A DNA stretch of 64,000 nt from Octopus vulgaris. Taxonomy: Eukaryota. The stretch lies in assembly GCA_951406725.2 (NCBI GenBank), contig OX597823.1, positions 103,292,001-103,356,000 of the forward strand. The letters are read 5' to 3'. The notes below the pieces were generated by a model. That model was given only the letters and a program-made list of their open reading frames with translations, was not told the DNA's origin and searched no databases. Positions within the stretch are counted from its first letter, which is position 1. Each line of letters begins with the position of its first letter. Positions 14,026 to 28,239 of the stretch are shown in pieces. The position numbers and the translations under genes were made by a program.

Positions 14026-14236
14026 AAGGCGGCGAATTGGCAGAATCGTTAGCACGCTGAACAAAATGCTTAGCGGTATTTCGCTCGTCGCTACATCCTG
14101 AGTTCAAATTCAATCGAGGTCGACTTTGCCTTTCATCCTTCGGTTTCGATAAATTAAGTACGAATGAAACACTAGAATTGATGCAATTGACTTATCCCAC
14201 CCACCAAAATGGCTACATTTTTGCAAAATTTGAAAC
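14026..14236 (+). mobile_element. SINE family A, short-tail type
   Basis: aaggcggcgaattggcagaatcgttagcacg head, gagttcaaatt B box, gactttgcctttcatcc core. Confidence 0.8.
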
Positions 14237-14305
<69 letters not shown>

Positions 14306-14345
14306 TATAGCTCTATCCTACTTCCTTACTCTCCCAGTGTTTAAC

Positions 14346-14625
14346 ATGACCGTGCTTAGGATAGGCAGTATAAATGCTCGTGACCTGGGGTCACCCTGGA
14401 AGCGGGAACACCTGCTCAATGGATCTCAGGTCCCTACGTTTAGATGCAACAGCAGTCAGCGAAACCAGGATTTCCGACTTTGATATTTACGCATCTCTTA
14501 GTTGGCCTGGGATGGTGTTGCTCAGGAAATGACTGGATCTCAAGGTACGGTCGATCTTACTGGACCCGGAAGGTAAGTTGGTGGTCCTGGGCGTGAGCAG
14601 TAGCGAAGGTAATGCTTTTAGACTT
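14346..14625 (+). pseudogene. L1/Tx1-type ORF2 APE endonuclease N-terminal fragment
   Basis: MTVLRIGSINARDLGSPWKREHLLN/DLRSLRLDATAVSETR ... LDPEGKLVVL resembles the N.RGL...ET and D..GR motifs. Confidence 0.65.
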
Positions 14626-14996
14626 CCGCAGTGATATTCGTCCCGTGACAGCATACCAGCAAAATCTCGTTGCCACTCTATCTAGAATATCAGTTTCTTT
14701 TCAATCGTATATGTATATACATACAAGCATACATACATACATAAATACATATACACAAACACATACGCACGCGCGCGCACTTCACACACACACACACATA
14801 TCCGGCGCCTATACCAGACGATTCCCGTGGCTTTGATTTATGTCTGTGCTCTTATGCACCATGCATCTATATGAGAGGACCTTTCAAGGCAAATACCGCA
14901 GTATTCGGCATCCTAACAAAACGTTCATGGCAAGTTGGATATAAAGATTGCTTTATGTACGTAATGTACACACACACACATACACATATATGTGTA

Positions 14997-15051
<55 letters not shown>

Positions 15052-15618
15052 GAGTGAGAGAGCAGTGCATGCCATCAAAGTGTCACTGGGGTAAAATATA
15101 CGAAGCCCAGTATATCCATCATGACTACCCGTCTGATAAGGGTACACAAAGCACATGCATCACAACCATATGTGCGCACATACATCACCATATGCTGATC
15201 TCATATCAAGATAAACAGCGCATGACCTTGAAGATGGGGCCCAATTAGAATTTTCTTCCGGTCAAGTAGCTCATCCAGCTCAAAAGGTCCCTGAATAAGG
15301 GTTGTTTAAGGATGTTGAACGAAACACCTATGTTTCCAGAGGTGAATTATTCAAACCCCAAAGAATCCCTCTCAACACATGGCAATGATGTTACCCCACT
15401 ACTTCTGCTCGTGATCAGAGATGCACATATCGTCAGCCACTAAGAAACATGCTCAACTGGTTAAGGTCAAACAACTGACAAGCATCTGTGGTATTGAGCA
15501 GAATATTTGCTGTAGCCCATCTTTTATACCAAGACAAAACAATGTACAGGATAACACTTCCAATCAGTTAAGATCAGAAGCCATGAGAGCCACTGCCTGG
15601 TACTGCATCAGGGCATTT
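15052..15618. mobile_element. Unclassified non-coding element of about 570 bp inserted in (TTA)n
   Basis: Complex sequence bounded sharply by (TTA)n on both sides; no convincing ORF and no TIR. Confidence 0.5.
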
Positions 15619-15644
15619 ATTAATATTATTATTATTATTGTTAG

Positions 15645-16095
15645 AGGTGGACCCGTTTGAAAGGGCTAAAGTCAGACACTTTCCTCTATGGCGAAGGCCT
15701 CATCAACTTTTTCAAGGAAGATGCGAATAGAGAGGGAAGTGCTGTCTCGTAGCAAATTTATTGAAAGGCGGGTGAATGTCGGAAAAATGGCCAGTATGAA
15801 CGGACCAATTCTGAGGTTACACCTGTAAAAATAAAAGAGAAGGTAATATAAAAGGAGAAAGGGTCTCTCTACCCCTCTTTGACCAGGCTCCCGTGGCTTT
15901 TATGGGTTTTCCCACGAGTAACCTTTCGAAGCGCCTCCCCTATGGGGAGTCTTATTTGTTATATATTTTTCGTTGTTATTTTGAATGTTTACACGGACCT
16001 TCCTTTCGGACAAAACCCCTTGGACTTTTCGTCCTGTATTTGTCCTTACATGCGTCTTTGATTTATGTTAGCCCTTGTGGCCAATAAACCAGAAT
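15645..16095 (+). mobile_element. Tx1-like LINE 3' end, decayed
   Basis: RKMRIEREVLSRSKFIERRVNVGKMASMN aligns with the 56307 ORF; tail ttagcccttgtggccaataaac. Confidence 0.65.
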
Positions 16096-16127
16096 TAATT
16101 ATTGTCATTATTACTATTATTATTATA

Positions 16128-16189
<62 letters not shown>

Positions 16190-16200
16190 TTATTATTATT

Positions 16201-16440
16201 CAGTAGTTTTATTTTTATTTTTATAGCGTGCTTTCACTTCACTACCGAGCGCAGCTCTGTGTGCCTTGGGTATGTGCTGTGATTTGTTGTGATGCTCTGA
16301 TGGTTATTGTATGGAAAGTGTTCTGCGTAGGATGTGGGCAGTGCCTAGTTATTTTCTGTATGTTATATGTGTTTGTAAGTCTGGTGTTTTTGTTATGTAT
16401 TATTACAGCCTACTATGATAGGAATTGTTTCTGTTTTCAG
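16201..16440 (-). mobile_element. R4/Dong-type LINE 3' end inserted in (TAA)n
   Basis: LKTETIPIIVG ... NIQKIT/LGTAHILRRTLSIQ*, short 3' UTR, (TAA)n on both sides. Confidence 0.75.
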
Positions 16441-16441
16441 A

Positions 16442-16672
<231 letters not shown>

Positions 16673-17379
16673 GAAGGGCGGTGGACAGACGAAGTCAATA
16701 GAGCGAAGAAGAAAATGCCTCACATGCATTTTCGGATGGGTTACTTTACGTTTTGCGTTCAATTCCTCTCAGTGGACGTCTTTGCCTTTTATCCGACCAG
16801 GGTGTGGCTTAATGAAATATATAGTAACAGTCACCAGGGTCTATTTAAGCGGCTACTCGCTCTTGTACAATCTCGTGGGTTTCTGCTTATTTTAGAGATC
16901 ATGTATTATATTAACAACTGGCTGGTAGAATTATGTCACACCAAACTTTAAGTGATATTCAGCGACATCCTTTACTCTCTGAGTTTACCATTCGGTTTGT
17001 TATACGTACGTCTATGTAGGATCAATAAAAGTACAAGGGATTTGCCAATTCTTTCACTCGGAATTCATTACGTGGCTATGAGATCACTCACTTTGACTGA
17101 GGGCAGATTAAAATGACATCAATTTGATTAGATTTGATACCCTCAAGATTTATGTAGCAATGGTAAATAAATCATATATTTTTATATTAAAATCTTTGAT
17201 TATTAATTCATCACAGACACACACATACACACACACAAAACACACACGCTAGATGTATTGTAAATATGTGTATGTATGTATGTATGTATGTATGTATGTA
17301 TGTATGTATGTATGTATGTATGTATGTATGTATGTATGTATGTATGTGTATGCGTGTATATATGTATGTATATATATAT

Positions 17380-17769
17380 CTTTTACTCTCTTTTACTTGT
17401 TTCAGTCATTTGACTGAGGCCATGCCTTTAGTCGAGCAATTCGAGCCCAGGACTTATTCTTTGTAAGCTTAGTACTTATTCTATCGGTCTCTTTTGCCGA
17501 ACCGCTAAGTTATGGGGACGTAAACACACCAGCATCGGTTGTCAAGCGATGTTGGGGGGACAAACACAGACACACAAACATACACGCACGCACACACACA
17601 CACACATACATATATGCATATATACGACGGGCTTCTTTCAAATCCACTCAAGACTTTGGTCGGTCCGAGGTTATAGTAGAAGACACTTGCCCAAAGTGTC
17701 ACGCAGTGGGAATGAACCCGTAACCATGTGGTTGGTAAGCGAGTTACTTACCACACAGCCACTCCTGCG

Positions 17770-17770
<1 letters not shown>
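17380..17770 (-). mobile_element. SINE family B, near full length
   Basis: Colinear with 2699-3136, with small deletions. Confidence 0.85.
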
Positions 17771-17805
<35 letters not shown>

Positions 17806-17836
17806 CTATATATATATATATAGGGTCTATATATAT

Positions 17837-17874
<38 letters not shown>

Positions 17875-17877
<3 letters not shown>

Positions 17878-18369
17878 AAATATTGAATTTCTAAATCTCT
17901 CGTAGAGACATGTACGGTGGTGGGGCGATAGAATGGTTGTATACTGTCAATCTAACAAGAACGTGACAGTAGGGGGTACACCACCGCTGTATAGCCCTAG
18001 GAAGCATCGAACGCCTCCTGACAGCTTTGACACATTTTTTCCCTGTGTCCTTATATAGATACACGAAGGGGAGACAAACACCCCCGGCTGTCGGAACTGC
18101 ATCTAGGGACACCGTGTTTCAGGATCATTGTCCTTCATCGGCCTAGAGTAGCAGACACCGGTCAGCCGTTGATATTTGCCTCGACTTCGTGTTTCTATAT
18201 AGATGCAGTTCCGGCAGCCGGGGGTGTTTGTCTCCCCTTCGTGTATCTATATAAGGACACAGGGAAAAAATGTGTCAAGGCTGTCAGGAAGCGTTCGATG
18301 CTTCCTAGGGCTATACAGCGGTGGTGTACCCCCTACTGTCACGTTCTTGTTAGATTGACAGTATACAAC

Positions 18370-18377
<8 letters not shown>
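17875..18377 (-). mobile_element. Hammerhead-bearing unit with 178-bp inverted arms (17928-18105 and 18200-18377); motif at 18104-18145
   Basis: tagg CCGATGA agga-caatga-tcct GAAA cacggt GTC ccta. Arms differ at only a few positions; (TA)n on both sides. Confidence 0.8.
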
Positions 18378-18458
<81 letters not shown>

Positions 18459-18560
18459 TGTATGTATGTATATGTATGTATGTATATGTGTGTGTGTGTA
18501 TGCATGTATGTATACATGCACACACATATGCGGCCAATTGGTAGAATCGTTATTGCATTT

Positions 18561-18799
18561 AAGGCGGCGAACTGGCAGAAACGTTAGCACGCCGGGCGAA
18601 ATGCGTAGCCGTATTTCGTCTGCCGTTACGTTCTGAGTTCAAATCCCACCGAGGTCGGCTTTGCCTTTCATCCTTTCGTGGTCAATAAATTAAGTACCAG
18701 TTACGCACTGGGGTCGATATAATCGATTTAATCCCTTTGTCTGGTCTATCCTTGTTTGTCCTCTCTGTGTTTAGCCCCTTGTGGGTAGTAAAGAAATAT
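18561..18799 (+). mobile_element. SINE family A, long tail, with 15-bp TSD, nested in an older family A copy
   Basis: TSD gaatcgttattgcat at 18544-18558 and 18800-18814; the flanks rejoin into a diverged SINE A. Confidence 0.9.
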
Positions 18800-19519
18800 G
18801 AATCGTTATTGCATCAGGTAGATTGGTATGTGGGAATCACTCCGGTTCTCTGTGTACAGAGTTCAAATCTCGCAGAGGCCGACTCCTCCTTTCATCCTAT
18901 CCTGATCGATAACTGAAGTAACTGTCATGTGCTGAGGTGGATTTCTCTTTTCCTTTCACATTTTCCCGCCTGGAAGAAATCGATTGTAGTCAGACCTGGA
19001 GAGAGATTGGCTCTGCCTGAAATGCATAATACGACAGTACTCCTGTGAGAAGTTAAGGCCCTATGGCACTGCACTCATTCACACACGCGCACACACATGC
19101 GTATGCATGCATGTGTTAAAATTTGCGCGTGCGTTAGGTGGATGAGACTCTTTTCTCCTCCCGGTATCTCATGGATATGTACATACATACAGCACACATA
19201 CGTACATGGTGGAAGTCAACTTGCGACTGAGTTCTTATACTCAGTAGTCTGTCCAAAAATTCCGAGAGCTCAAGAAGTTCGTGTGTGTGTGTGTGAATAA
19301 ACTTATGGTACAACGTTGAACCGTCTTTTCAGTGCAATCACCCATAAAACCCGCGGCACGGACAGAGGCCGAGACAAACAGAAACCAACTGCATTTTTCT
19401 TTATATAAGTTCACCTTCTTAACATACATACATTCATGCACTCACGCATACACACACACATGTATATATACATACATTTATACATATAAATATAAATATA
19501 AATATAAATATAAATATAA

Positions 19520-19592
<73 letters not shown>

Positions 19593-19709
19593 TACGTTTA
19601 TGCATATATATACATATATATATATATGTATATGTATGTGTATATGTATATATGTATATATATGTATATGCGTGTGTGTGTATGTGTGTATATATATATA
19701 TATATATAT

Positions 19710-20555
19710 CATGGCTGCCCCCTCGTTATCGAGTATAGCCATTGCACGAAGCTTAACTGTTACTGGTGCTGTGATCGAATGTGACTTTTTAGCCCAGCTA
19801 AAGATCTACAATGTCTTGTACAAAATTGGCAACCAAAACCTTTACTGGTAATAGCTGGCTGTAGTTGTAACTGGGCTTCATGTACCTTTGCATGTCGTTT
19901 AAGTCCTCCTGCCGAATTACACTCTCTTCCACATGCCCAACAGATATGATTAGTATGGTGTGTTACACACCACCAGTGGCCAGGTTGTCACTCATCTGTC
20001 TCGTTTCATGACTACGAAGATGACTCATGAGTCCAGCTTTACTGAGGCAGGGTCTTGCACAGACATTGTATGTCAGAACCAAAGGAAGACCCTTCCCTTC
20101 TGGAAGTGTAACAGCGATGCCCTTCCTGACATCCCTCCTTACTTTCTCATGTGCAACTCGAGATTTCTCAATAGTGGCTGTCCCCTCATGCACAATCCTT
20201 CTCCACCTGCTACGATCAATAGCTATGCCTTCTCATGTGTCAGGAGAGATGCAAGCATCTCTTAAGGAAGCCTTCAGCAAGTCCTTATACCTCTTTTTTG
20301 GTTTATGTGGAGGTCGTTCTCCTTTAGCTAACTCTCCATAAAAGAGTTGTTTAGGCATCCTTGAATCTTTCATTCTGACCAGATGACCACTCCATCTGAG
20401 CATTTGCTTTAACACAAGAGCTTCTATACTTTCACACCGAGAGCCTTCCAATATTTCAAGATCACTGATGCGGTCCTTCCACTTAATGCCATGGATCCGT
20501 CTGAGGCACATCTGATGGAAACGTTCCAGTTGTTGAAGGTGGTATCGATACAAGT
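19710..20555 (-). mobile_element. 5'-truncated RTE LINE 3' end
   Basis: LERFHQMCLRRI...LRWSGHLVRM...PKQLFYGEL...RYKD, a C-terminal C2H2-like motif, and a 3' UTR ending atactcgataacgagggggcagccat. Confidence 0.9.
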
Positions 20556-20597
20556 AAGATGGTATGAAACAAGTAAAAGAATAAAAGAACATGTATG

Positions 20598-20656
<59 letters not shown>

Positions 20657-20662
<6 letters not shown>

Positions 20663-20744
20663 AAAAGGAATGTAAAAATACATTACGAAGGATATATTAT
20701 AAACAATAATCCTTCGTAATGTATTTTTACATTCGTTTTTAATT
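20657..20744. repeat. Inverted repeat with arms of about 37 bp, directly after (TA)n
   Basis: aattaaaaaaggaatgtaaaaatacattacgaaggat / atccttcgtaatgtatttttacattcgtttttaatt. Confidence 0.85.
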
Positions 20745-22202
20745 ATTTAATTTCTTCACTCATATCAGGTGTATTGCTGTGGCTTGTTTTACCAGTCTTT
20801 TCTCATAAACGCTGTGCATGACGTTGGAATTCAGAATTTGAATGTGTAGATAGAGGTTGACACATTATTCTTGCCGGTCGAGACACATGTAAGCCCCAAA
20901 GTATGTTTTTTGTGTCAATTTGTACCTATAGGACTATTCTCTTGAAGAGTAGAGTTGAGCCGTTAGGTTCCTAACTTCGAAATTGCAATAGAGAATTAAC
21001 CTTTTATTTTCAAGTTGCGAATTTGATGTCATGTCGCCCGCCGAAGAATCCTCTCAAACGATCCACTAATGTTTGTCTGATTTTTCCAATATGCAGCAAG
21101 CCACAGAATTTACTAATTTTATACACAGCATTCAGAAGAGCAATCATAGTAATCTCTACAGTGTTTTTAAGACGATGTTAAATCCGACTCAGGTATTATA
21201 GATTGGTAATTGGGGTTGAATTTAACGAGGAAATATTTAGATAAAAGTAACTGACATCAAAGTTTAAACAGTTAAAAATTTCTAAAATTAAGAACGTGCC
21301 GAAAAATACCGAGAGCTTAGGATTAAATTTAAATGAATAATATTATTATATTGTACAATTATATAATCATTTCATCTAATTAGGCTTCTCAAAATATATT
21401 ACGTTTAGCTATACCAAGTTAATAATATCCTTATTTCCAGCTTACCAAACACAATTCATTATAATTATTTTTCATAATATTTCTTTATTCCAGTTAGTCA
21501 ATAGTCAACTTAAAGTTTCAGATAATATTTTCTCTAAAATATCCTATTCCTTCTGTATTACTTCATAACATCATAACTTTGCAACTTTTCATTACTTTAA
21601 CAAAACATAATTCACAGTTGCAACTCTGTCTTTTAACTTCACCCATTTGAAAATTAATTCCTTTTAATTTAATCCGCTGCTCTTGATATTCATTTGCACA
21701 TTCGTAATTTAGAAATTATACACTACATACACTTTGATATAAGTTACTTCCTTACTTTTACCTCATATTCAAACTCATTACCCGTCTAATTTGCTTTCTG
21801 CCTTTATATAAATATGGAACTTAACGGATTTGTTTTTAGACAATACTTCACCACTATCCAAACTGACCCCTCTGTCAGTGCCCGCTTTTGCTTTTCTTTT
21901 TTTCCTCTTTTTCTCACATTTCTACTTCTTAATAAACATATAAGCACATCTACGATATGCTTCTTCCATACATTTTGAAGATTTCAAAGATAAATGAAAC
22001 AAATTTTCTAAATCCATCCATCCGTCCATCCATTCTACTAGAATGGACGAAAGCGCTATTATATGATAAATGACATATGATATATTATGTATAAAAACAT
22101 GTATTATACAAATAAATATCTGTAAATATAAAACCATCCGAATTTCTGAGTACCTCATTTCTTCTAATATAAAATACCTGTACATCATCTCCAAACCTTC
22201 TA

Positions 22203-22273
<71 letters not shown>

Positions 22274-22565
22274 TGTATGTGTATACTTCGTTTTTCGTAT
22301 TTGGTTTGCAAGATTCTTGATGTGAATTCGTGTGTTGAAACAAATTTTACAGTGCAACGTTTTCTCTCATCTATCGTATATACTAAGATGGGCGCCAAAA
22401 ATATCTTTGGCACCGGGCCGCCGAGAACGCTTGTTTTGGGCTTGAGACCAAGCTAATCAATTTCAGTGTCTTCATAGCCCATCAACTACAGGTTTCAAGA
22501 TGCCGAGATAAAACAAAGTTTAGTCACACACACACACACACACACATACACACACACACACACAT

Positions 22566-22604
<39 letters not shown>

Positions 22605-23742
22605 TATACATGCACGCACATACACACAAAACTAGTAAAAGAACTAGGCATTATATTTATTCTTAGGTTACCACCGTTTTAGCAACAGATCGTATATATA
22701 CGCACGCACACATATGTATATGTATGAATGTATGTACAAATGCATAAATGCATACGTATATGTACATGTGTATGCCTATGCATTTGTGCACGTGAGTCCA
22801 TAAATATGGTGCCAAACGTATATTCGTGTATGTATACATGTGCGTACTTGCCTAGATGTATGCGCGTTTATAGTTATGGTCGTAAGTGTTCGTTCGAATT
22901 TCAACGTGAACACGCAGTATTATGTACAATCTCTCATCGTCTTATAGAGTGTCATCATGTCTGAAGGTTATGCAGTCTGTACGTCGTGTCACGCATAATG
23001 TTAAATGTGACAGGAAGCAGATATGCACATATGATAGTCTGAATGTGTCAAGCGCAAGCGCAAAATCTTTGCACAAACTCATACATATGCCAATACGCAC
23101 TCACACACATACTCACACACACGTGTGCGTGTGTGTGTGTGTGCACAAGCGTACCTATGTATAAGTATCATTTATATGTGCACAGACACACACATATATA
23201 AACTTAAATGCACATACATAACTTAATGAATATTTACTTTACATAAACACACGCACACACATCTCAATGTGTGTGTATATACATCTCAATGTGTGTATAT
23301 ATTTATGTATATACAACTTATCAACGTATACACATACACACATGTATTCCTATACATATACATACACACAAATATAAACATCATATTGGGTGAAAACATT
23401 CCCACAATGGTTAGAATATGTTTATTCTTCAAGAGACTTTCGTTTATTTCTTAACTAAACCCTCATTTCCGATTTTATGACGAAATTCAACATACTACCA
23501 TTCCCTTGTATAAAAATACCTAGTGTGGACACACACTGCGAAGGCCGGCCCCTAAATTGGGGAACTAGACCTAGTTATATGGTTTATTATTGTTTTACCT
23601 GTTATGTCTATATTTTGATGACTCTAACATATAAATGCAGATGGTTCTGCGCCAGTTTCGACGATTCGGTCAATCATCAGAATTTCCTGTTCATTGAATT
23701 AGCGTGTAAGTAGAAGAGCAACTTACAGACACATATATCTGT

Positions 23743-24030
23743 TTTTCCTTCTCAAGCCACGCCTGGCTCATTAGGGCTGGTTTCCCGGTTTCTTTGGCGT
23801 GTAGGTTCCCCACCTGGACGGGACGCCGGTCCGTCGCAGGTGAGCTGCAAGATGCAGGAGGAAAGAGCGAGAGAAAGTTGTGGCGAAAGAGTCAGCAGAG
23901 GTTCGCCATTACCTTCTACCGGAGCCGCGTGGAGCTTAGGTGTTTCGCTCATAAACACATACATCGCCCGGTCTGAGATTCGAACCCGCGATCCCTCGAC
24001 CGCGAGTCCGCTGCTCTAACCATGTGCCTC
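23743..24030 (-). mobile_element. SINE family C (tRNA-Arg-like head)
   Basis: ggttagagcagcggactcgcggtcgagggatcgcgggttcgaatct head with a TCG anticodon-like loop; body cctgcgacggaccggcgtcccgtccagg resembles the V-SINE domain. Confidence 0.75.
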
Positions 24031-24462
24031 TGCACACATATATCTGACAGACAGTGAGTGGCAAGGTTGTACCTTTGAGTTACAAAATCCATTGGACATT
24101 TTCCGCACACTTTCCGTCGATCCATTTTCACTCGCAATGTATGAGAGTCGACTCGAAAGTATTGGGAATGACACTTGCCGACGATGTAAGACAGTGGGGT
24201 TGAAACTGGTTGCGAAGCGATCTTCTTAAACATTCGACCATAGTGCACCTACAAACAGTACATGTATGCTTATATACATGATGTATGCGTATATCACGTG
24301 AATGCACACACACATATACACACAGGCACACACTCACGCACATACACACACACCTATATATTATGCACTTAGTTGTGACAAGAACTCCAAGTTTCGCTCA
24401 GCTCCTTATTCAACTCGTTGATTAAACCGTGAGGCGAAATTTGAAGTCCTTGCCAAAACTAA

Positions 24463-24801
24463 TCTCTCTCTATATAAAGCTGAAGTTGTCTGTGTGTGGC
24501 AGGTTTGGTAGCCTTCAACTAACACTATCTCTTCCGAGACCCTGCGGAGCAAGTTGACCAAAATTCCGTAGAAGAAAAAATTCAAATCGGACCATGTTAA
24601 CACCAAAAATTATTTACATCAAAAAGGTGTTTTTTTGCTATGAAAATCCCTATTTTTTATGATTTTTTTCGGTGTATTTCAACCAGAAAAATGTTCACTT
24701 AAAGAGAATAACAAGCTACATAATGCAACATTTTTACTTTTCAAAAATTTCAATTCTAAAGGGTCGAAACAAACCTGAGCAACGCCGGGCGATACTGCTA
24801 G
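24463..24801 (+). mobile_element. Non-autonomous Helitron, 339 bp
   Basis: A|TC start (tctctctctatataaagctgaag), subterminal hairpin cctgagcaacgccggg, CTAG|T end, no TSD. Confidence 0.75.
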
Positions 24802-24834
24802 TTCTATAATAAATTTGATTCTACAATAAGTGAC

Positions 24835-24980
24835 TGATGGCTTGTGGTCAAGTAGTTAGGGTGTTCATGTCATGATCGTTAGAAAGTGGGTTCAGTTCCT
24901 AGACTGGATGACCTGTTGTGTCTTTGAACAATGCACTTCAATTCATGTCGCTCCAGTTTATTCGACTGAAAATGAGGACC
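24835..24980 (+). mobile_element. Old tRNA-derived SINE family D head (related copies at 10345-10470 minus and 53735-53860 minus)
   Basis: gtggtcaagtagttaggg...gggttcagttcc...ttgaacaatgcacttcaattcatgtcgctccag. Confidence 0.5.
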
Positions 24981-25984
24981 TGACTGCTGTAGGTGCTGCC
25001 ATTTGTCTGTCTGTCTACTTACTTCCTCTCTCTCTTTGCATCAGTAGTTCTCAAGCGGGGTCCATATGTGGCTCGAGGGTCCAGATAAGATTTTGTTGTT
25101 AAAGATTTTGTTGTGCAATAAATAACTCATACTTCTGAAATAAACAAAATATTTTAGGAATTTTTTAAAATACAATTTCTAATAATATTTAATTATAAAA
25201 ATATAACAGGAATTTTTAAAACACTGAATGGCATCCAGCAGGGCAAAACTGGAATCAAAGGGGTTCACAAGCGAAAATAGTTGAGAATCATTGTTCAAGA
25301 GCAAGAGTAAAGGGACCGAGAGTGTGAGTGTATGTCTACTCGCGACTACATAGGTACCTAGAACAATTAGCAAATGCATAGCACATGTTACCAAGCCTTA
25401 CTTTTTAGTGTATGACGACTGGCTGCAATCCTATTATTGAGTCTCTTTAAAGTGGTGGAGTGTTGGGTGCGTAACCCGCACAAGGCAACCATTTCATATA
25501 CGTGTGTTGAAAGTTGAAAGTATGTTACATTTAAAGAAGGGTGCCACCAATTTGGCTTCCACGCAGGGGAGCCAAAACCCACACTACGCCATTGTCACTC
25601 CATTTATAAATATTCTGTGGCTTTCTTTAAAATCACTTTTAAAATAACAACCCCACAAAAAATTAACATTACTTAAACTAATTCTAGAATAAATTTACTG
25701 CGCCCTTCTCTCCAATGTCGGCAAGAATTCTCTTGCTATCAACATTTTTAAAATAGCAACTCTAAAATTCACATTTATAATTTTGCAAATATATATATTT
25801 GTATAAATACATTTATAAAGGCGGCCAGTTTAGTTGAGTCATGAGATTGTCGGATAGATTGTCTTGCAATAATCAATATTGTCTTTCTGCTCACTGAATT
25901 GAGAACCTGCCGAGGTCAACTTGCCTTTTTATTCTTTCGAGATCTATTTCTGTTACTGGAGTAGTATTTCTGTACTGGGGTCGA

Positions 25985-26655
<671 letters not shown>

Positions 26656-28239
26656 CGTTCTGCTTTCGCTCTGCTTTTTTCTTTTCCGGAAGAAATTGGC
26701 TGTGGTTAGACGGGACAAGGAAGGTCTCCGCCTGGTCTAAAGTTTGTAAGGAGTTGAGGGCACAAGACCATGAATTTGTATATTTAGGGAACAGTTTTCC
26801 ATACATACATGTTGCGCGGATGAATCTGTTGAATGGCATGCATTGATTGTCAGAGACGGGGATCCGTTTCTTTAATTAGAAATTTTCGCAAGAAAGATCC
26901 TGAATGGGTCAGCTATATAGCCAGGCCGTCCCCTATGGACAGTCTTGCAGTAAAGTCCAGCAGCTTCAAGGAAGAGGTCTTATTTTGTTGGTGGTACTGT
27001 TGGTGTTTTTGTTGTTGTTGTTGGAGTAGCTGATGCAGTTGGTCGTAGTGTTAGTGTTGTTATTGTTGCTGGTGGTGGTGTAGAGGGTGATGGTGTTGTT
27101 GATGTAATTTTAGGGAATTTTGCTGACGTGAAGCAGATTTCTGATGCAAAGCTTGTATTTTTTTCTTGTCTAGAACCACATTATCCAACGCGTTTTCCCC
27201 GCCATTTTAAGACATTAGAACATAATTTGAAGCACTTTGCTACTGTTACTGGAAGATCGCTGAGAAGAGGCGAAGTACTATAATATTGTTCTTGTTGTTT
27301 ACCCCCAAACCTATCTTGATCGAAAAAGAACTACAACCAAAAGCATTCCTAGGAACTCCTTAGAATGCATTACCTAGCGCATCCTTCATTGTTTAAAACG
27401 GCAAAGTGTAATTCAGAAGTATTTCACTGCTATTCCTCGTAGTACAAGCGATCACACAAGAGTAGTTGCAATGCTGTGGTGGTTGTAGTTGTAATACCGT
27501 GGTAGCTGTAATGGCCGTGGTTCTATGGTAGTATTGCGGCACCCTGAAATGATGTCATCATAATATACACGCCGTCTTCTCTATTAACCGTACATTTTAG
27601 ATGGATTATACAAAAAAATAAAATAAAAATGCATCTCTGCATGAAGGGTGGAGTTATACTGAACAAGAAGAGGTAGATTTTAATTAAATTACACTAACTA
27701 TACCCGATAAAGGGCGGAGTCTATGATTTATGAATTATTTAGCTGTTTGCCATGTGATATCGCTAAGGGCGGAGTCAAACTATGAGCCAGATTCTGAATT
27801 CAGTAAACAGCAGTTAAGGGTGAACACAATTCATGATCTGCATATTCAATAAATTACAATATAATCTCATTATTACAGGTCGGGTACGTGGCGGGTCTTA
27901 TGTAACATAATGAATAGATACCCGTATATCAATAAAGATTAATGAATAGATATTCATATAAAAGCAGTAAGTATAACGACAAAATAGCCATATGATGTAA
28001 ACAAATATCTGGTGGTTATTTTAACTGTTATGTAAAGGAGTTTCATCACTTGAGAACGTTTTGTTTTCGGGTGGTGAAATGGAAAGTGATTACGGTAATG
28101 TAGGGAAATTAACGGAGGGTAATGAGGGTGATTAATGAAGTGTAATTAATGAAGCGTGAAAAAGAGTGATTAACGTGGGACATTGAAGAGTAGCTAATGT
28201 GACGTAATGTAGGGTATTGAAAGGCGATTAAAGAAGGAT

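Noticed and set aside
21000-22200. Possible decayed Penelope ORF and hammerhead near 22040-22105
   Set aside because: Too degenerate to align motifs by eye; needs an HMM search.
23965-24030. tRNA-Arg gene
   Set aside because: The D arm and acceptor stem are incomplete and it runs into a SINE body, so it is a SINE head.
27640-27790. Three GGGCGG/GGGTGG boxes as a promoter
   Set aside because: No identifiable downstream gene or start site; cannot be supported from sequence alone.
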